Origin: the human T2T-CHM13v2.0 reference genome, Homo sapiens | DNA: 64,000 nucleotides | Reading direction: 5' to 3' (one strand) | NCBI RefSeq assembly: GCF_009914755.1 | Contig: NC_060938.1 | In this document: piece after piece, positions 57,881 to 64,000 of the stretch | Layout of the letters: every line of letters starts with the position of its first letter | Position numbering within the stretch: the first letter of the stretch is position 1 | Translations under genes and position numbers: made by a program | The notes under the pieces: generated by a model | Told to the model about the DNA's origin: nothing | Database searches by the model: none | The model's input: only the letters and a program-made list of their open reading frames with translations

Positions 57881-57899
57881 TGGCACACAAAGTAAATGT

Positions 57900-58560
57900 C
57901 AGGAAGGTTTTGTTCCTGGAGGCTCCCCTCTGCTGGCCATTGTACTGTGAGAGAAACCACCAGTTCAAGGTGCTTTGACACTCACAGAATTTTCCAGAAG
58001 AGGCCCTGGAACCTTGCCTATCATGACCCAAGGCTCCTGGGATAAGCTTTTCAAAATTCTTACAGACAGGTCATCATGAAGTTGCTCTTTGGAGCTCTCA
58101 CCTGTGATGCTCATGGAATTTCTAAAGAGGACTACTCCGCTTGTAAAAAGCAACCTCCAAGATCTCTTTCCACTGTTATTCCTGAGTGATCTAGCGTGGC
58201 CATTTCTTCTGGCTCTAGCCACAGGAAGGTCAGAGCTTTGCTGTCATGTTCTTTTCTGCCCTCAGGTGCCATAAGTCTCAGAAGCCCACAGACTTTGCCT
58301 GTTGTCACTGTTTCAGGTCTATTCACCACCACTGATTCAAAGTCATCACCAAAGATTAACTGACACCATTCCCCAACTCTTTCCTGCTTTTGACAATGGT
58401 GAAAAAGCTACGGCTGTTTGGTCAAGTGGTCATAACCTCTAGTGTTACTGTTCTGAGGATCTAACAGCACTAACCAATCTCTAAATAACTGCGACTCTTG
58501 GTCACCCATGTTCTTACTTGCAGATTTCCATATTAGAGACACAGACCAAGCCTTCCAAGG
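57900..58560 (-). mobile_element. CR1/L3-type LINE reverse-transcriptase remnant
   Basis: Colinear motifs on the minus strand: FGDD (FADD, 58342-58353), ERDLG (EKDLG), PLLENSVSVKAP (PHLEYCVQFWAP), QQRGA (VQRRA). Confidence 0.6.
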
Positions 58561-59799
58561 ATGCTAAATGCAAAGATGATACCAGCTTTGCACCACAGAA
58601 CTATATAGATGTCTCAAAATGGACAGTAGACCTCACCTTTCTGTAGGCTAAGAAATAGTATCAAGTCTCACCCTAATAATCTCTTTTTCCCGTGGCAAAG
58701 AAGTCACACTGAAATGTCTTCGAACTCATCCTAGTCCCTCTGCCAAATGCTCCCTTAAGTGTGTTCCTCCCTAAATTCTAACCATGATCTCCTAACACTC
58801 TGAAAAGGACATAGCCACTTTTTGTAATGATAAGAACTCCCTGGTCTAACCCAAGAGGCCCTACCAGAACACAAGCCTACCACCATTTCTGAACAATGTG
58901 AGGAGTTAGAAGGGAGGGGGGGAAATGTTCATGTTTAATTGATAAAAAGCTTAAGAAAGAGTGTCTTTAATAAACATTTGACTATTGATAAATGGCCTAA
59001 TTCAATCAAGTCTCTGGAACTTAATTCTAGCACCTGAACTAGAACTGAATCCCCAGTCTCTTTCTAGCTAGTCATTCACCCAAAACAAAGAAATAGTTCC
59101 ATAATCATCCTGTAATTATTATGTCATTAATATGATGGATTTAGACAACCTAGGAAAAGGCTCTGTATTTTTGGTATGGCCAAAACTGACAGTTTAAAAA
59201 CTTTTATTAACACTTTAACCTAACAGATTAATCTTAATAATTAATGAAAAGTGCTTTGATTCTTAAGAAAGTTTGAAATTTACATCAACATAAATGTCGG
59301 TGAATAAATTTCAAGCAAAAATTCCTAGTCAAAAGTCAACTTAAACCATTTACAAAAAAAACAGCAGGCTCATGTAATGATACATGGATTTCATATTTGA
59401 ACAAATTATTTTAGTTGATGTAGAAATACGTTTCTGTTTGTGACATATCAAGTTAGAATTTAATTATATTCAGATTCTTTTTATTCTATTGTTTACGAAA
59501 AAGAAAAGAGATACAGCTCTTTATTTAAAATGCTGAATACCCTTTTAATTTTATCTTAACCATCTATTACCTTGTGAAAAACTTTGTATACTGAAACAAG
59601 CTTCAACTGTCAAGATACAATACTTCATACCTATACCACAGTTCTTCCAATGCCTGGTTGAAAATAAATAATGAAACAAAATAAAACATAACGCAATAGG
59701 ATCCTTACTTGGACTGATGAAAAAAATGTGCTATGAACTGAAGAGTATGATTATAGCAAATCTACATACCTGTAGATAATTTTTTAAGTAAAAAATAGA

Positions 59800-59935
59800 T
59801 TTTTTTAACTTTTATTTTAGTTTCTGGGGTACATGTACGGTTTTGTTACATAGGTAAACTTGTGTCATGGGGGGGCTGTACAGATTATTTTGTCACCCAG
59901 GTACTAAGCCTAGTACCCCAAAATTGATTTTTTCA
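59800..59935 (-). mobile_element. L1P 3' terminal fragment
   Basis: aacttttattttag..ggggtacatgt..gttacataggtaaacttgtgtcatggggg. Confidence 0.85.
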
Positions 59936-59954
59936 AAGCAGGAAATATATTGCC

Positions 59955-60130
59955 TGATTGTAGATTTTAAATGTTCTCACCACACACACAAGAAAAGATA
60001 AGTCTGTGAGATGATGGACATGTTAATTAGCTTGATTTAATCACTGCACAATGTATACATGTACCAAAACATTATATATCATAGTATATATAATTTTTAT
60101 TAGTAAATTATACCTTAATAATGCTGGGGA
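59955..60130 (+). mobile_element. L1M 3' terminal fragment
   Basis: gtagattttaaatgttctcaccac..gatggacatgttaattagcttgat. Confidence 0.8.
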
Positions 60131-61547
60131 GGGAGAAAGAATCTTGTAGGATCACCTGCAGTGTTACAAAGGGAACTCAACGTGAGACAGGTAATTCAAA
60201 CAGTCAGAACTATGAAAATATCAAATAGTAATTTACAAAAATGTAAAAGAAAAACACTTATTATGACCCCAATGACACCAAAAATATGTACCATATGTAC
60301 AATTTGATTAGGAAGCTTCTGAATATATTTTCAGATGGTGCTAACCATTAGATCTCAATGTTCACCTGCTCACAGTAGCTGAAATACTTGCCGTAACACA
60401 AGTGGTGACCCTTTAATCTAATGTTCCACTTTTCTGGCCTTTTCAATTTACCACTTGACTCTTTATTTCTAGTTTTTAACTGCCCCTTCAGTCCTCTCCT
60501 CCCCAATCTCTCTGACTGTACAAGACATTGTGTGAAATAATGTCAATACTTTTGCAAAAGCCTGTATAACATGCCACTCCTAACCAGAATTGCTATGGAA
60601 TCAAACAAACTGAAAAATAAAAATGTTCATGATTACTGTGGATATTTACATAACTGCAAATAAGCAATCTCTTTAATCTTTTCACCCTACACTGAGCAAT
60701 TGCTCAGGTTGAGAGAATCACCTAACTGTAAGAACACTGAGTGTAGGAAAAAATCAAACTAATTATCAACAACACCATATATTATGCACATTCATACTTT
60801 TCATTCATATTTTCATTACTAAATTAATACTTTTCAACTGTTTTATAATATATGCGGGGAAAAGTGGCTGCTGACAATTAAGGAGAGAAGCATTCAGAAA
60901 TTCCTGAAATTGTGCCTAAAAACAAGCAATACATTCACTAGTTCCTCATCAATCAGTGGTTTAGTCAGAATAGATGCCAATGAACTAGTGAAGGGTGTAT
61001 ATTTTTTTCCTTTTCACCAAAATAAGTTGAACAAAATTCCTGTGTGATTGCATATTTTAAAATCTAAGTTTCATGTTTGCCAACATTGCTAAGCTACTAT
61101 ATCAATTGTCTGGCTTAAGCCAAATAAAACCTTTCATAACTTTGGAAGAAACTTCTACACAGGAAACTGTAGATTTAGACAGCCGAAATTTGTCTGAATA
61201 TGCATTGTTTTTGTACCAGTTCTTAACTATTTAAATTATATGATATTCCATAACAGCCATAGTGGCCATATAATTGAACACTCTGTATATTTAATGATCT
61301 GTTTTTCTAGATGAGACCAGAAAAAGTAAGAAACAGAACAACGTGAATTTCTCTGCTGCCAAATAACTTCAAGTGGTGCTATCACAACTGGTTTTTAATG
61401 GCACAAAAATATTTGGTTGACAGTATTAAAAGAATTCCTGTGGGAAATATCTCATATTCTTATAGATTAAAAAATGTTTTGAATAGTTGTAAGGAAAATC
61501 ACCATTTTCTTTGTATCTAAATTCTATCAATAGAAAGAGGGAAATGA

Positions 61548-61829
61548 GGCTGAGCGCAGTGGCTCATACCTATAATCCTAGCACTTTGGAAGGCCGAAGC
61601 AGGTGGGTCATCACTTGAGCACAGGAGTTCAAGACCATCCTGGCAACATGGCAAAACTCTGTCTCTACTAAAAATACAGAAAATCATCCAGGCGTGGTGG
61701 CACATATCTGTAGTCTCAGCTACTCGGGAGGCTGAGGTGGGAGAATCACCTGAGCTTGGGAAGTTGAGGCTGCAGTGAGCTCAGACGGTGCCACTGCACT
61801 CCAGCCTGAGTGACTAAAGTGAGACCCTG
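61548..61829 (+). mobile_element. AluJ
   Basis: J-type Alu whose tail has become a microsatellite. Confidence 0.92.
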
Positions 61830-62051
61830 AGAAAGAGAGAGAGAGAGAGAGAAAGAGAGGAAGGAAGGTAGGAAGGAAGGAGGGAAGGAAGGAAGGAAGG
61901 AAGGAAGGAAGGAAGGAAGGAAGGAAGGAAGGAAGGAAGGAAAGAAGGAAGGAAGGAAGGAGAAAAGAAAAGAGAAAAGGAAGAAAGGGGAGAAAGAAAA
62001 GAAAAGAGAGAAGAAAAGAAAAGGAAGGAAGGAAACAAGGAAGGAAGGAAG
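61829..62051. repeat. Polypurine tract with (GA)n and (GGAA)15
   Basis: Uninterrupted GGAA x15 at 61883-61942. Confidence 0.97.
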
Positions 62052-62460
62052 CACTTGTCTTGTTTTGTTCCAACATATTCCAACAATAAGGAAAGATTTA
62101 AGAAATTGAAGTCTCATTTTCAAAATCACTCTAAAGTAATGCTGGGGAAATTAAAAGATGAGTAGTATCTTTTATTATTAAAAAACACCCTATATTTTTA
62201 CCTCTATTGCCACATTTGGGTTTAGATTTTTCACCTTAAACAAGGTGATGGCGCAAGGTCAGAGGTCAAAGATTACCCTGATACATAAATCAAAGCAAAC
62301 AAATATAAAAACAAAGCAAGGAAGGAAACTTCATGTTACCATCAACACCTATAAGACTGCATTCTACCAAGTTCTAACAGTCTGAGTCCAGCCCTGCAAT
62401 ATTGATCATTATACTAGTTATTTGGTATAGTTTGAGAGCTTATTCAATGATTCCAGTCTA

Positions 62461-62462
<2 letters not shown>

Positions 62463-62501
<39 letters not shown>
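62463..62501. repeat. (CA)19 microsatellite
   Basis: Directly visible. Confidence 0.97.
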
Positions 62502-62503
<2 letters not shown>

Positions 62504-63932
62504 GTTTCATATAATTATCCATTACACTCTTCTTTAAAAGATTTATAAATAATTAAAGATTGTGGTTTTCTAAAGGTTTTATAATGGGGCATGGACTTCC
62601 ATGACAGATAAGTGGTAGGTAGTGGGAATATCTAAAAAAGACTTGTGATTGGTTTTGCCAAACTGATAACTCAATTGTTTCCCAGTAAATTTGCCTTCTC
62701 ATCTCAAAATGACATTTCTGCATATGCACAACCAATTATGTTATATTAGCTATCATCAGATGGAACAATTTAGCAAACAACCTCTAGATGTTAGCATGAC
62801 AGCAAATTGCAATCTCCCTACGTCATTTCCAAGCACCTTCCTTCTCATGTATCAAGCGATGATCTGCAAATAAGCTTTAAATTTTGGTCTTGAGAACCAG
62901 AATTTTGAATCATTGTGTTCCCAAATGTTGCACCTTTATCTATTTTATTTCCTTTTTAAAAAATGAAGTGAAATACCATTGACATTGCACTTGTAATTGA
63001 AAAGGAGTTAAATCATCTTTCTGTCAAAAATAATAAAAAGCAATGAAAATATGCTTTACTTTTATCAGCAAATGTGTCTTTCATTTAGTAATAATTAGAT
63101 TAGTCCTTAAAGAATGCTGAGAGTTTGAGATTTGAGAAACTGTTTCAAAACATAACTACTTCTAAGATTTGCCCTGATACAGAGGGCAGGAAAAAGATGT
63201 CACCTGGGCCTTACAGCCATATTGCTTTTTTTAATATTATAATTTTAATTATATATTGATATAAGAATAAGATAATAAATATAAATTTCTTTTGTTAATA
63301 AGACAGTATGCTAGTCTATAGAGCTTTAAGCTTTAGTAAACAACAGCATTTATTATGCACGTATTTACAAAGCAGTATGTATGTTACATATATTGTCTTT
63401 AAATCTCAAAGTAATCTTAGATAAGTCACAAATATACATTCATTGACTTACAAATGTTCTGCATTCTCTAGTAAGGTCAGTAACAGTTATTCATGAATAA
63501 ATTAGTGAAGACTTATATACAATCATCTCACAAAAAAAGGTAATAATCATTAGAAAATAAAGTTATAAATCTCCCATAAAAGCTATGATAGGAATCTGGT
63601 GAAAATAAACAGCACAGTCATGAAGTATGGTCTTCTGGGGCAAGTTTTTAAACCTTATTCCAGTAACCCCCACCACCACCACCACCATACACAGTGTACT
63701 TTTACTCTTTCAGATTGATCTCAATTCTGAATCTAAAGGCCCAAATGAATTCATGTATTTATCAAATGAGCCAATCATCCAACTCTTCCCAGCCCATGGA
63801 CTACAAGGCTTAATGGTTTTAACTTCACAGTCTCACAGGATATTCTTGTGAAAACTGTCAAATAGTACATACCTGTTTTAAAAAGGTTTATAAGTCTGTG
63901 AATTGATAGAAAAATATAAAGCAGAGTTTCTC

Positions 63933-64000
63933 TTGGGAGGCCAAGGCGGGCGGATTACGAGGTCAGGAGATCGAGACCATCCTGGATAACACGGTGAAAC
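63933..64000 (+). mobile_element. 5'-truncated AluY running off the window edge
   Basis: ttgggaggccaaggcgggcggattacgaggtcaggagatcgagacc. Confidence 0.9.

Noticed and set aside
59764-59790. Minus-strand AG|GT recursive-splice motifs (here and about 63870)
   Set aside because: Poor polypyrimidine tracts
60692-60707. Perfect 16-bp palindrome ctgagcaattgctcag (also a 9-bp hairpin at 52797-52818)
   Set aside because: About one such palindrome is expected by chance in 64 kb; no supporting context
61720-62129. LPSF-repeat ORFs
   Set aside because: Translations of the (TTCC)n microsatellite and the Alu

Overview
Primate (human-like; AluY, THE1A and LTR12 are present) AT-rich, CpG-poor non-coding DNA. 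No protein-coding gene, structural RNA gene or CRISPR array is supportable, and most ORFs in the track are incidental frames in Alu, L1 or LTR sequence or short chance frames. The window holds 18 Alus, many L1/L2/MIR fragments, a complete THE1A provirus-like element, a solo LTR12 (ERV9), other MaLR/ERVL LTRs, Tigger3a and MER94. Two very old LINE fossils (one RTE-clade, one CR1/L3-type) were recognised by manual translation. Repeat orientation and the best splice signals suggest a long intron of a minus-strand gene that I cannot name. The most notable observations are the RTE fossil with both strands nearly open in one register, a GC/CpG-gain scar in only one of the two THE1A LTRs, several unusual retrotransposition or repair products (trimeric Alu, 5'UTR-to-3'-end mini-L1, twin-primed L1, templated insertion) and a minus-strand microexon candidate. 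I did not find a demonstrably new biological system. Subfamily names come from remembered consensus sequences, and boundaries of old repeats are approximate.
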